64,000 nucleotides of DNA from positions 43,648,001 to 43,712,000 of the forward strand of contig OZ241826.1 in NCBI GenBank assembly GCA_965202585.1, read 5' to 3'. How positions within the stretch are numbered: the stretch's first letter is position 1; the number at the start of each line of letters is the position of its first letter. The position numbers and the translations under genes were made by a program. Under the pieces are notes generated by a model, which worked only from the letters and a program-made list of their open reading frames with translations, made no database searches and had not been told where the DNA came from. The stretch is from Thalia democratica. Its lineage: Eukaryota. Below, piece by piece: positions 46,302 to 58,900 of this stretch.

Positions 46302-49300
46302 TGTTTAGTATTATAATCTAATTACCAGAAATTTCAATAAAAACTATATTATAATATAATATATTCAAACAGAAAGAAAACCACCAAATAACCACCAAAC
46401 CTCTTGGATGATGCTGTTTGATGGCCGAGTTTTTATTATTTTTGATCGTATCATTTGTTTTAATAAAAGAAAAAAAAATACTAATCACTTGTTAAATGTA
46501 TAAAGCTATATTAAATATTAAACAAGTTTTTAACGAAATATCAACTGAAAGCCTAATCAATAAAAGTTATCTAAGATTGGGAGATTAGTTGAAAACAAAA
46601 TAAATATAAAAAACAAATATTTAAATAGCAATAAGTATTTGGTAGGCTTGATCGCATCGACAGGGCAATTTTGAAATCTGCCATACTAAAAGCAACAAAA
46701 ATAGCCTTGGTATTGCAATATAAGATTCCTTGGTTACTTTTTTACATTTGAAACGATTATTTTAAAAAAAATATCTTCAAACAGATAAATTTTGTTAAGC
46801 AAGATGGTTTAAAGGCCAATAATATGAAACGCAACCTAAAAAAATCTTGAATTGCTTCGTATTAAGTGCAGGGGTTGGCTATATGCAACCGTACAGTAGT
46901 TCAGTAACGCTCCAGCCTACGATAATGTTATTTTTAAATCGGATGTTACCTGCGACCTCGTAATCGTAGCCCGCGAGTATCAAAATAGAAACATATAACA
47001 ATCCTGATGTTTCTATATCGAAGATCTAAAATTGGGACTGAAATACTATTGAAATATATTTTTGAAATTTGTCCGAGACCATCAAATGCATGCCATCCCT
47101 GGAGTGTAACAAATTTAGATATAAATTAATAATGCAATAGTTTTTAGATTATTGGTGAATTTTGTTGCATTATTAAATTTATTTAAAAATAATCGAAATG
47201 TTAACTATTAGAATCCTTTATCCGCCCTGCGTTTAGGAGTATGCAGTGACTTGGTGAAGGGCAAAAATTAGTAAACAGTTTAGCAGCACTTTTTCTACCA
47301 AAATTTCTATACTAAATATTTATAACCCACTTAATAATAAGATTGCTCCTGAATGGTAATGTCTGACTGATAGTAACATTTAAGATCTTTTGTTTTTAAA
47401 CTACTCTAGTGTAATTATAGATCCATCGTATATCTTTTTAATTATTTGAGTAAAACTTATATTTAGTATTATAGTTACAGCCGCTAATTTAGCTAGGATA
47501 TATACACTTATCATTTATGCCCTTGTAATAATCTGAAACGTCAAAATTCATACATCCTAATCGTTCGAATATCAATTTAACATAGGTTTTTCGAGATGAA
47601 ATCACAAGTATTAACTTTGTTAACAACTAGGTTCAAATCTATTCACGAACATACCTATAAAACTCAATTAATCTAAGAGATTATCTGTTCAAGGTTGCCA
47701 ATGAATCTGGAAGCCTAGAAAAAAATATGGGATTTTAAACAACTTTAATATGTTGAGCAGTAAGATTTTGACTTGACTCAAAAAGTCTATGGTATCGATA
47801 AATATTTTTGTAGTCGAAAATTTATGTTATTAAAAAAAGACATCTAAAGAAGCTAACATAAAATTTCAATGTCGTTATACTATATATCACATTTTTTACC
47901 TAAAACTTATATTTAAACAAAAAATAGACCTTTGAGCGTGTAATTTTAAACAAAAAATAGACCCTATAGCGTGTAAATTTTAAAACTTGAAAGAAATTTT
48001 GCAAACTGGGAGAAAAATTACCAAACACATTTGTCAATCCTGTCTGTTACAATGTGTTTTTGAAAATAAACAATTAGGTTTAGCTTAAGTTTTGAATAAT
48101 TTTTTTACATAACAAAAACTGAGGAAATGTTTAGATTACTATGAATAAAATTATTTGAAATAGAAAAATAAGGCTACTAAAAATTATTATGATTGTTTCT
48201 TTTGATGTATTCAAGGTTGTCAAAAAACATGAAATCCTGGAAAAACAACTAAAGCCAAAAAACCTAGAAATTTGAACAAAAACCACTAGATAAAGATAAT
48301 ATTTTAGACTATTTATATGATACTATTATGTAACGTAATGGAATTTCGATAAGTTACGTAAAATATATCATATAGATATAGTTTTTTTTTGTTTCATTTA
48401 AAATTGTTATATATCAAACAGCATATTTAAAGTAGCTTCAATACATCTTTACTATGTTGTTTTATTAATATAGTCAGTTTTCTACCTTAAATTTAGTTTC
48501 TTTCTTCAAATAAGCCAAAAAACTTGCTTTTAACTTACCTATAAGTAATTCAGAAAACCTTGTAGAACTTTCAAAAAAACCTTTGGCAACCTAGTATATA
48601 CTAAAAGTATACAATTTATTTCCTAGTTTAAGTTCCCTCACATCTAATATTATTCATTTTGAATTAGTTTTTGTTTAAACTAAATACATTTAAAATAGAT
48701 ACAAAAATCATATTTGTTAATATTGCATCTTAAATTATCAGAAGTCCTATATTAACATTGTACATGTTAAAAATATACTTTTAATATACTACAAACGTTT
48801 AATTAATAAAAAAGAGGCAAGTTTCTTTAAAATTAGTCGATTGAATCAATCTCACATATAAAACTTAATTTAGAATATATCTACCTCCATTTCTACACTC
48901 TTTTTGTTATGCAGCATACTTAATTTACCTGATAATTACTGCTAATTTACTTCGTAAGCTACCGCAAGTTGAGTATTTGCTTCGCGCTGTGTAAATAGAG
49001 CCAGTTGTCATTAATTTAATAAATCAAGCCAATATATTAAAACTTTCAAAAATAAATTACTGAAAAAGAGTTCGTTTTTAGACTTTGTTAAGAGATTTTT
49101 TTAGCTGTTCAATTCTCTTACTTACAGATAGTAAGAAAACTAGTGATCCGGATTCCGGTCAGATCTTTTTTCAGATAGCAATTTGTGTTAAATTATACAA
49201 CTTTTAACCATTTAGTTGTTTCTTAGCAGTTATTAGGTTCAACCTAATAAGATATCAAGTAGCTTGTAATTTTATTTATAATCAATATACTTTGGTATAT

Positions 49301-50159
49301 AAAACATTAAATAAACTGTACATAGGCTAATTAAAATATAAGAATTCTACTAAATTCAAAAAGAGTACAGGAAAAGAAGACAAGTGTTGGTGTTTCCTGA
49401 AAACGAAGTAATAAATAATAATACGTTAAATCAACCAGATGCTAGTAAAGTACATATTGAAAACTTATCTAAAAACATTTAATTTAGTATTTTTGTAATT
49501 TTTTGTAATGAAGTAGTCAAATAGCGTTTTAGTTAGTATCTCTTTTGTTTCTACTTTTAACTTTAAAGAGCTTCTGTGTTGTTCCAAATAATTTTTGTAA
49601 CACTTAGGTATGATTGTTTTTAAAGTTGTAGATGTTTCGTTCCTAAAACTAAAGTTGACTTAATACTCTTTCCATTTAAAGGTGAATCTCTTTTTTTAAT
49701 GTACATCACTCAATTTAACTAGTAATAAACTGTCAAAATTTGGATTGAAAAAACAAATTAATGTTTATTTAAAACAATTTCCATGTTGCACACTTTGAGA
49801 AGCACTGACATATTTCATGAGCAAGAGATACCTTAAAATGTTTACTGTTAGAGAAATTGAAAATTGTTTAAAAAAAAGAATCTTGTAAAAAATTATAAAA
49901 TTTACTTCTAAACATTTGTTCAACTAAAAATTAAAACTTACTAAGCTAACCATAGTTTAATATTTCACTTCATTTTGAATACAAAATTGTATATCACCAT
50001 TTTGTTAAGATAGATAACATGCTAGTTGTTTATACTAGGTATTTAGTTAAAAAAAAAGGCATGGAACTTTTTATTGTTGTTATTTGACCATTAAAGATAT
50101 CATCTGATGAATAAAACAATGCAAAAATAAGTAGTTTGATATAGAACTTACATATATAG

Positions 50160-50256
50160 TTTATTGAACGAACAAAAAGACGCTTAAAATATTTGGTCCT
50201 TGGGTCTGATGCACGAAAAACCCTTTCTGTTATCGAGTCGCACACCACGGATACCT
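50160..50256 (-). repeat. Dispersed ~110-bp repeat, minus-strand copy (a further fragment at ~50585-50612)
   Basis: Reverse complement ggtatccgtggtgtgcgactcgataacagaaagggtttttcgtgcatcagaccc...aaatattttaagcgtctttttg. Confidence 0.7.
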
Positions 50257-52940
50257 TTTAACGTCTTGTCCAGAACAACTGCTGATTTATATAGTTTGCA
50301 ATTAAAAGTTTTTTTTAATATACTTGTTAAAAATACATGTTAAGGAATGCTTATTTGAAGACTTTAGAGTACGTTTAAAAAAATCATTTAATATTTTAAA
50401 GTTAAAAATACAAAGAGTTAGGGCCTTAAAAAAACAATCAAAATACAGTATGAATAACAGGTTCTAAATACTACTAAGGTTGCTGTTAAATCTGGTTTTC
50501 TTAAAAAGGTTTTTTGTATGATAAAATGAGTATCAGAAACAAATTTAGGCTTTTATTGTTTCTTGAACAAAAAAAAAAAACAATAAGCGCTCAAAAAACT
50601 TTAGTAATCGCACAGGTAATTTCTTATTAAAACAGATCGCATTTTGAATTGTGGAAAAGATTTAATAAAGTTTATTGTATATTTTCTTTTGATAAGTATG
50701 ACTGTGCTAGTTTTTTGTAAAAAAAAAGTTTTGCTATGTTTAGATGAAAACTAAAAAAACACTAAGAAAATAAACTATATTCAATTAGAGTTAACTGACA
50801 CAATCATAGTGTTGCTTATTAAAAAAAAAAGAAATTAATGATTTTTTAAGCATTTATAATGTTATATTTTTCAAAAGAGATTTTTTACTAAAAAACAGTC
50901 TTATAGAAACTTTTTTATTGCTTTTCTAAAAACAAAATGATTGCAATTTAAATGAGCATACTAAAACTGTTTTATCAATATCATTGTCCAACATTTAAAA
51001 ATGTAAGACTTCAGTATGTTTTATCTTCTGTTACATACTAAGTCTATTCAAAAATAGCTTACAAGGCGAAGAAATGTTTACTGTAAAACATTTTACTTTA
51101 TTTGTAAACTGTACTTAATAAACTTATTGGCCTTTTTAACTGTTTTTAAATTAGTCAATACTTTGTTTGTAATCATTTTTATGTATACATGTACTTTTTA
51201 TTAGAACTTTATTAGTATGAATAATAAACTGGTTCATTTTTTATTTTGAATTAGAGATTTAAATGAAAACTAAATGGATAAGCCAGAAAGAAAACTAATA
51301 ATTCAGATAGTCCTTAGAAAACAGTGATTTCAGACAAAAAATAGTTTAAAGAAACAATTTTCTTATTATTAACTTAGTTTTTACAAAACTATAATTTTTT
51401 TACTGCTAGGTGTTGTATGTTTTTTTGACCATATATATATAGTAATACTTTAAGTTTTACATTATATTGTTGTTTGGTCGCTTAAAAATCTAATTTTTTC
51501 TTTCTAAATTTTGTCCTTTGCGTGTAAGAAAAGCATCTTTTATACGTTACATTTACTAATTTACTCAGTTGTATTTTTATATTAAGGTGGTGTTCGATAA
51601 CTTCTAATATGGAATTCAATTTTTTTTCTATTAAAAAATCCGATGAGATATAATATAATGTTAAATTCGTTAAAAATTGATCTTGATTTACCTCTGAAAC
51701 TTGCCTAGTTTCATAATAAAATACAAAATGAATCCATAAATTAATTTACTTAAAAAGATAAAAATATCATTAAAAAAGTTTTTACTTTTTAAATAATTGG
51801 TAGTATTGGTAGGTTAAGTAGTAAAAAAAACCTTATACTCTTTTATTTATTTATTTTTTGATTTAATTTTTTGTTTATAGTACAATTATAAGAAAAACTG
51901 TTTACTTAAAAAATTTATCAGATGCAATAAGCAAATTTTGTAAAAGCACAAAAGTTTTGTATAGTAAATCAATACTAACATGTCTTAAGTTTAAGAGCTA
52001 ATAAGCATTCAGTATAATAAAAATATCTTAGTAAATGTTTTTTCTTAAAAAAGTAAAAAGTTTTACATACATAACTGAAAAATATAAACATTTAGTTTAG
52101 TGTAAATGATAACAGTCTTTGAATTTTACAAAACTATGTGTACATTTAATAGCTAATGTAATTGTGCTAGAGTCTATTTTTACAAGTATAGTATAAATCT
52201 AATCGTTTTAAAATTTTACTTTTTTAGTACAATAAGTGCTTAAGCTATAATTACTATTACTATCGAAGTTAAATATTATCTTATAAAAAAAATTAATAAC
52301 GTTTTTCCCTTTTCATATTATACAACATACTTTATTAAATATAACTTTAGTTTTACTGTTCAAAGTTTTCACTACACAAAATACACACTTCTGTGCTAAC
52401 ATGTACAATTAAACAAAAATATTCACATTTGAAACAGTTTTATTTGATTTTTTCAACAAATAGAAATTAAAATTAAGTTGATACAAAAATTAATTACAAA
52501 AAATGGAAAACTTATTATCAAATTAAATTAAAACATAAAGTTTTATAAATTTTAAAATATACACAAACATGAAGAATTTTGGGTAAGAAATAAGCAATTT
52601 AAAAACATTTAGCAAAATATTTTTAATGAACATCGTTATATCTAACAAAATTATTAAGAAAAGCACTTGAAAAATATTAGACAAGTCAAAACAAGTACCT
52701 TATAAAACATCTTGAGTAGAAAGCGACTTATAACCAAGAAAATCGGTCAGTAGTTTTTTGTAAACAAGAATAATACGTAAACATTTATTTAAATTTAATC
52801 TTGTCATTAAACTGACAATAGAGCTGGATTTGAATACTTTATATTAAGTTTTTCTTTTGTCGCTATTTAAATCAAATTATAAATTTTTTAAGCAGTTTTA
52901 TTTAAATTGTGTGTATGGATAGTATTTTATTGAGTTGAAA

Positions 52941-55900
52941 ATGAAGGCTTTGGATATTGCATTAATCTTGTTTATAAAAACAAACATATCATTTTGTTTT
53001 TACGATGAAACACTAATAAAAGGATCTACAGGGCTAAATGTAGTTATGAGATGTTTGGAAAAAATAAAAAAATCAGGTGAAATTTATTATTTTTAGACTA
53101 TAGTTTAAATTATAAGAAAGTTTAAACTTTGGTGTTCTACAAAGTTCTTTATTAATGTGAAATATATGTTTAGGTAAAAAAATCAAAAAAACAAACAACA
53201 CTTCAAAGTCTGTTGAAAATATTTGCTTAATAAGTTTTATAAATAGATAAAATAAAATTGCATGAATTTGATAATATAAACATAACTAAAATGAAAATTT
53301 AAAATGTTAAGAATTCGCAATTAGACCTTGATAAGTGTACTTTTTTTTTAAATGAATAGTTTTTAAATGAAAAGGTGTAAGATATAGCTCAGAATTTTTT
53401 TTAAATGTTAAAAACCATTTATAATATTTTAAAGATTTATGAAAAAGTAATACATAGCATTTGTCGTTGAGAGTAGGCTATCAAATTTTTTAAATTTTCT
53501 AATTTAAAAGTTTTTCTAATAAAAACAAAACTTCAGTATTATTTTTTTACTATATGCAAAATATTTAATGTAACAAGAGTTTTTCATGTCCCCTGTAATT
53601 AATTTTCGTTTTAGTAAAAACAAAGTATGAAACATTTTTGGCGCTAGGTGTATTTTTACTTTAAAATTGAAAGTTTAGTTTTTAACATATTTAAAAGTTA
53701 ATTTTGAAATAGTTTTAGTACTTAAAGAAAAACTTTCAGAAATTGATAAAATAGTTTGGTTTTTCGTAAATAACTAAACTTTAAACGTTTCAAATTTAAA
53801 GTTTGTTTTTCTAAAAGAATACAGTCTAACTTTTATTATTAAAACCTTATTATCGTTTTAAGAAACTAATGAGTAGAAGGTTTAAAAGTTTTATGTTTAG
53901 GTATTTTTAGAAATGATTGGGAATTCACTAGAAAGCTTGCTTATATTCAAAGTAAGGACGGCGAAAGCAAAACAATAGACATAAATGGTGGTATTTGGAA
54001 GGTTTACGTTCAAATTTTATTTGTTGAACTACTTTTAGTCGATAAATAAACTACTTGTTTCAAAAGACTTTGTTTTGACGCTAAAAAACTTTTATTGTAC
54101 TTAATTTTGTATTATTTAGTTTATATTAAAAAAAAGATTGCATATAGTTTAACTTACAGATAGATGCTTGTTTTATTTAGTTTATTAAAATTTTACAGCT
54201 CTCTTATGATTAACTTAGTGTTTCTAAACTTCTTTTTTATATAAGATTTTATAAGAAAAGACATAAACTTTTATTTTCTTTTAAACATATCAAACATATC
54301 AACAAGTCACGTTCAAATATATAAAACTATACAAGGCTAATTATTAAAAATTTTGGATAATAAAATATTGAAGCACAAAAAATATTTACCTTTTTTTCAT
54401 AGTAAAAAAATTAATAAACTAATTGCTTTAAAACTGAGTCAATGAATAGTACTATGCTTTTATGAAAAATAACAAAAATCAAGTTGATTTAAATTAAAAC
54501 TTGGTTAAATTTATATTCAAATTACTTAATTTTAAAAGAAAAAAAAAACTGTCCACATTTTATAAGTAAACCACACAATTTTATAAAAAGGAAAATGAAT
54601 CAAGTAAATTCTTTTGGCGAGATTTTTCACTGTATTTATGATTGATTTTTTTGTTTATAAGTTAAAAACAGATGCATTAATAAGATCTCAAATTAATTAT
54701 AAAAACAGAAAATAGTAGTATAAAACTGATTTCTGTAGCAATTACTTTTTTAGCCTAAAAACTTTTATACTATAAAAACTCAAATATTTTTTAAAAATCA
54801 AAAATAAACTCATAGAAACATATTGGTATTAACTATTTAACTTTTTAAAGGTTGTTACTACAATACTAGTTTTTGTTTCCTTGTTTACGATACAGAATGG
54901 TTTTTAGGTGGCAAAGGAACAGTTCTTATTCACTAAAGTTTCAAAAACGTGTTATTCAAACAAGCTACGCAATCAAATACTAGAAAAGTTCAACATTAGT
55001 TGGGAGGAAGCTTTGTATGAGCATTTAGACATACCGCTGTATTCAGCTATCGCATCAAGAATGTACATTGAGATTTCGTGTAGAAGAATAAACATTCCAA
55101 AAGATTTAAAAGGACAAGTACTATTTTACTTAAAATTTTATTTTTCTATTAAATCTTTTTATTAAAATACTTTTAGATAAAACATACTATCTAACAAGGT
55201 TCTAATTATTGCAAAAATTTAAAGCAATTCTCTATTTTAGTTTGACTTCTGGAAAACTCACTTTGAAAACGTTACAGCATCGCATTATGCGCCAAAAAAC
55301 TATGAAGAGTACAAATTTGTTGACTCATTAATACCAGAAAGTAATTGTCTATCAAATATATTGTGCATGTAGTTTTTAAATTAAAAGACTTCAATTTTTA
55401 GAATGCAAGTTGGCATTAGACGAGTTGATATTTTTGGTAGACACTTCATGGAAAACAGTTGTTGGCACGATGTCAGCCTACAAAAGCTTTATTTTACGAA
55501 TTTTAGAACACTTACCTACAAGTGGTCTTAAACTTGGGGTAGCAAGTTTTTCTAAGGACTTAATTGTTAGCATTCTTAATATTGAATACAAATAAATTGG
55601 TTTAAACATAAGAATGTAAATAAAAATGGTTGTGTGCAATAAACAAATGTAAAATATGAAAAATTAAAATCTATTAGTAAATACTAATAATTTGTTTTTA
55701 CTATATATTGAACCACTATTTTACCTTTGAATCTAAAAAGTATGTTTAGATTAAACTTGATAACATCAAATTTAATAAACGAAATATAATTATAAAATCT
55801 AAATAAAAACTCCTTAACTATAAATTATTAAACTAGCAACTATTACATCTTTTTTTAAACAGAATACTTACGTTAATATAATATAATTTAATTCGCGAAA

Positions 55901-58900
55901 TAAATGTTTTCAAATTTTATTTTTTAGTAAAAATTGAAAAGATTATGTACAAATTATAATTCATACACGCAAGTGTTCAAAAATATAAACATGTAAAATA
56001 GGTTTAACCAACATGATTAAATTATTTATCTTTTACAGGTCAACTTTCCATTGAGTACTGTAAATTCTTCAGAAAAAGTAAAACTTTCAATAAATAACAT
56101 TCAAATGCATAATGAGGAAATAAGTGATGTACCAAGTGCCTTTAGTTTTGTTCTTAACAGTTTTACTTCTGAGGATAAAAAAGAAAATATTTCAACTGCT
56201 AAGGTAAACTATGCAATAATATTCAGCTAGCATTATAATAAGGTGTCTTAAAATGTAGCAAAAAAAAACTAACAGTAGTTCTTATATAAGTAGTACAAAA
56301 TATTAAATTATTAAACACAAATAAGAAGTTATAATATTTCTATTAAACAATCAAAAAAGGTTCAAGTGGTTTTTGTACTTAGTGAAAACAGCAAAATTTT
56401 GGATTCAGAGTACTTTCATGACTTCAGATCTAAAGGAAACAATGTAATTAGAGTTTATGTGGAAAATGGTAGATCGGTTAGAAACATTACACTTTTTTTA
56501 GAAAAAGTTTTTATACTAATATTTAATAGTTAGTAGTGAGTTTATATTTCTTAAAGTGTTCAAAAAAACTTACCACAAATTTAAGAAAATTTAACTTTGT
56601 TGTAAACTTTGATTTTAATTAAACTTGTTTCTTGTAAGTTAAAAAAAAGGTACATTGAGGTTTTCAAAATCGACATTGAAATTTTGTTGCTAAGTCTATA
56701 TAAAAGTTATAATTAAAAAAAATGTATAAAATTACTTAAACATTTCTCTAATTTGGATTATTAATCTTACTTAATATTTAACTTATCAATTTATTTTTGA
56801 TTATGCAGTTTGCTTAAATTTACAACAATCAACAAAATCAGTTTCTGTTCTTTCTATCAAAATCGTCAATGGTATTTTACTTATATTTAAACTTATATTT
56901 TATAAACTGCATTATCATACACAATATTATTTATAGAGTAACTTTCCAAAAACCATAAAACTTTCAATCGTGTAAATAAATATCAAAACTCAGGTAGAGC
57001 ATAACCAAACAGTTTCAAACAAAGTTTTTGTTGTTCCGAATCACAAGTATCTTTACCAACTTGAGCAACCTGCAGCCGAAGCTGTTTGTGAAAGTTTGGT
57101 TTTATATATACTTTTGTAACTTTTTCATTACCGAATAAACTTGTATTACAAATGTAGGTTCCTTTTTAATCCAAAACTTTACTGCATTCGAAAAAATTTT
57201 GGAGCCCGGAAAAAAGATTATTTTTGAAATTGCTCTATCATCAAGTTACTTAATAAGAATAAAGTCAAACATATCAGAAGTTTATGGGTACACATCGGAA
57301 GACGACTCTGTGCTGCCAGATTCTTCATTTTATCAACAAATGTTACTAGTTGTTTTTCTGAATGCTCTTATTGACTTAATAATAATGTAATATATGCCTA
57401 TCATAGAAAAACTTGTCCGAACTTAGTAAATTAAATGATCTTTAAGACACTAAACATATTTAATATGTGTCAACTTGCTTTAGCATTTATTAAAAGTCAT
57501 ATTTTTGTATTTTAAATGACTCTTTATACTTTTTTCTTTCTAGTGTTAATATGGTTCCGCTTTGTGAAAAATTATTTCTTTTTTTAATTATTATGTTTAA
57601 TAAAAATAAATTAGTTTAAAGTATTTAGCTTGAAACTTGCAAACTCAATAAAAAAACCACAAACACAGGTTAAATATCACTACGCAGTCTTCTGAATACG
57701 TGTTTACAAATTTTCTTATACTAACTGTTTCAAACGAAGGTAAGACCTGCGCGTCACTTACTGTTAGTATTGAAAAACCGGAAAATTTAGACAATGAAAA
57801 AGCTCAGCAGCAATTCATTCCAACAGGTTTACAAATTAATATTTAAGATAATGGAAAGGATTTAACTTACTATTCAACAGGTAAATACCAACCGAACTCA
57901 CTCATAGTAGTAGTTTCAAGTTTACTTGCCTTATTGCTCATCTTGATACTTTTTATGCGCGGTTGCCATAACAAACAGAAGGTTCATTCTCAGCACCAGT
58001 ACGCATTTAAGGTGAGAGTTTGTTTGTGATCTAGCTAAAATAAATTAAAGCTTTTAATTATGTTGATTCTAACAGGAAGACACTCCAAATGCAGAACAAA
58101 GCAAAAATAGGTGGGTTATTATTAGATTTGTTTAAAAGTAGTATATTATTTTTTCAAACAGCTCTAGTTTTATTTTATACTTAATTCTGGATGATTAAAA
58201 AGCTAATAGATTTTTAAAATAAAACAGAGACACTCGAAAAGTTAGCCCAGAGAGCCGAGCGTTGGACAAACAAGATATTTCAGATAAAGCTGAAAACTTT
58301 ACATCTGTTATAACAGAGAGTAGGCATTTTGAAGTTGATACTCAAGAAGACAAACAAGTGAAGACATCAGAAGAATCAGGTCACTACTCATCAGCGACTG
58401 ACATTTACAAAAATGAAGATGCGTTCTGCACTCTTCACGGAGTTGAAGCACGAAGAACTGCTGCACAAGAAACTACATCGGTGGAGCAAAAAAGTGTTGC
58501 AAGTAAATCTTTCAGCTTTGAAGTGTTTGAAAATACCGAGAGAGGTGAGAATTTACAAAACCGTAAAACGGTAATAAGTATTTGATTATTATATTTTTAG
58601 TAGACAAGTTAAATAATAAAAAGTGTATGATTTTTATGTTTTTAAATTTTATGTTAAGTAGATTATTTATTTAAAGTTACAGATGAAGAAATTGAGAATA
58701 GCTCTACTCAAGAAACGTTCGGGTTTAAAGAACAATCACAAAAACTTGATGCAGAATCTCAAGAAAGTTCTCTAAATACAGAAGACGACCAGAAACCTGT
58801 CGAAGTTTGTTATTTTGTTGGTTCTTTGCAAGGCCTTTTTAGCGATAAAAATGTTTGTTTCAGAAAGCTAATCATAAAAGCTATAACTTTGTGTAAATTA

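Larger units (their letters stand above)
40332..46490 (+). ncRNA. Non-coding multi-intron snoRNA host gene (UHG/GAS5-like); 5' end uncertain
   Basis: Exons 40597-40661(?), 42169-42243, 42436-42478, 42658-42713, 42880-42931, 43111-43162, 43417-43482, 43649-43702, 43889-43945, 44200-44270, 44474-44534, 44733-44805, 44978-45023, 45270-45382, 45581-45640, ~45820-45907, 46078-46140, 46373-end; AATAAA at 46462. Exon 42169-42243 has stops in all three frames. Each intron from 42244 to 46372 holds exactly one snoRNA. Confidence 0.88.

Noticed and set aside
46880-47030. Minus-strand frame starting IFDIETSGL, resembling a DEDD exonuclease Exo I motif
   Set aside because: Followed by hydrophobic sequence and a stop within ~50 codons; no Exo II or III motifs and no consistent exon chain.
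48212-48594. Possible MITE with aggttg(c/t)ca…tggcaacct ends
   Set aside because: Only ~10-bp imperfect TIRs and no clear TSD; too weak to report as a feature.
56809-56871. Candidate 63-nt extra exon within the VWA region
   Set aside because: No phase-compatible open acceptor follows it; the direct join 56476 to 56994 completes the VWA fold in frame.
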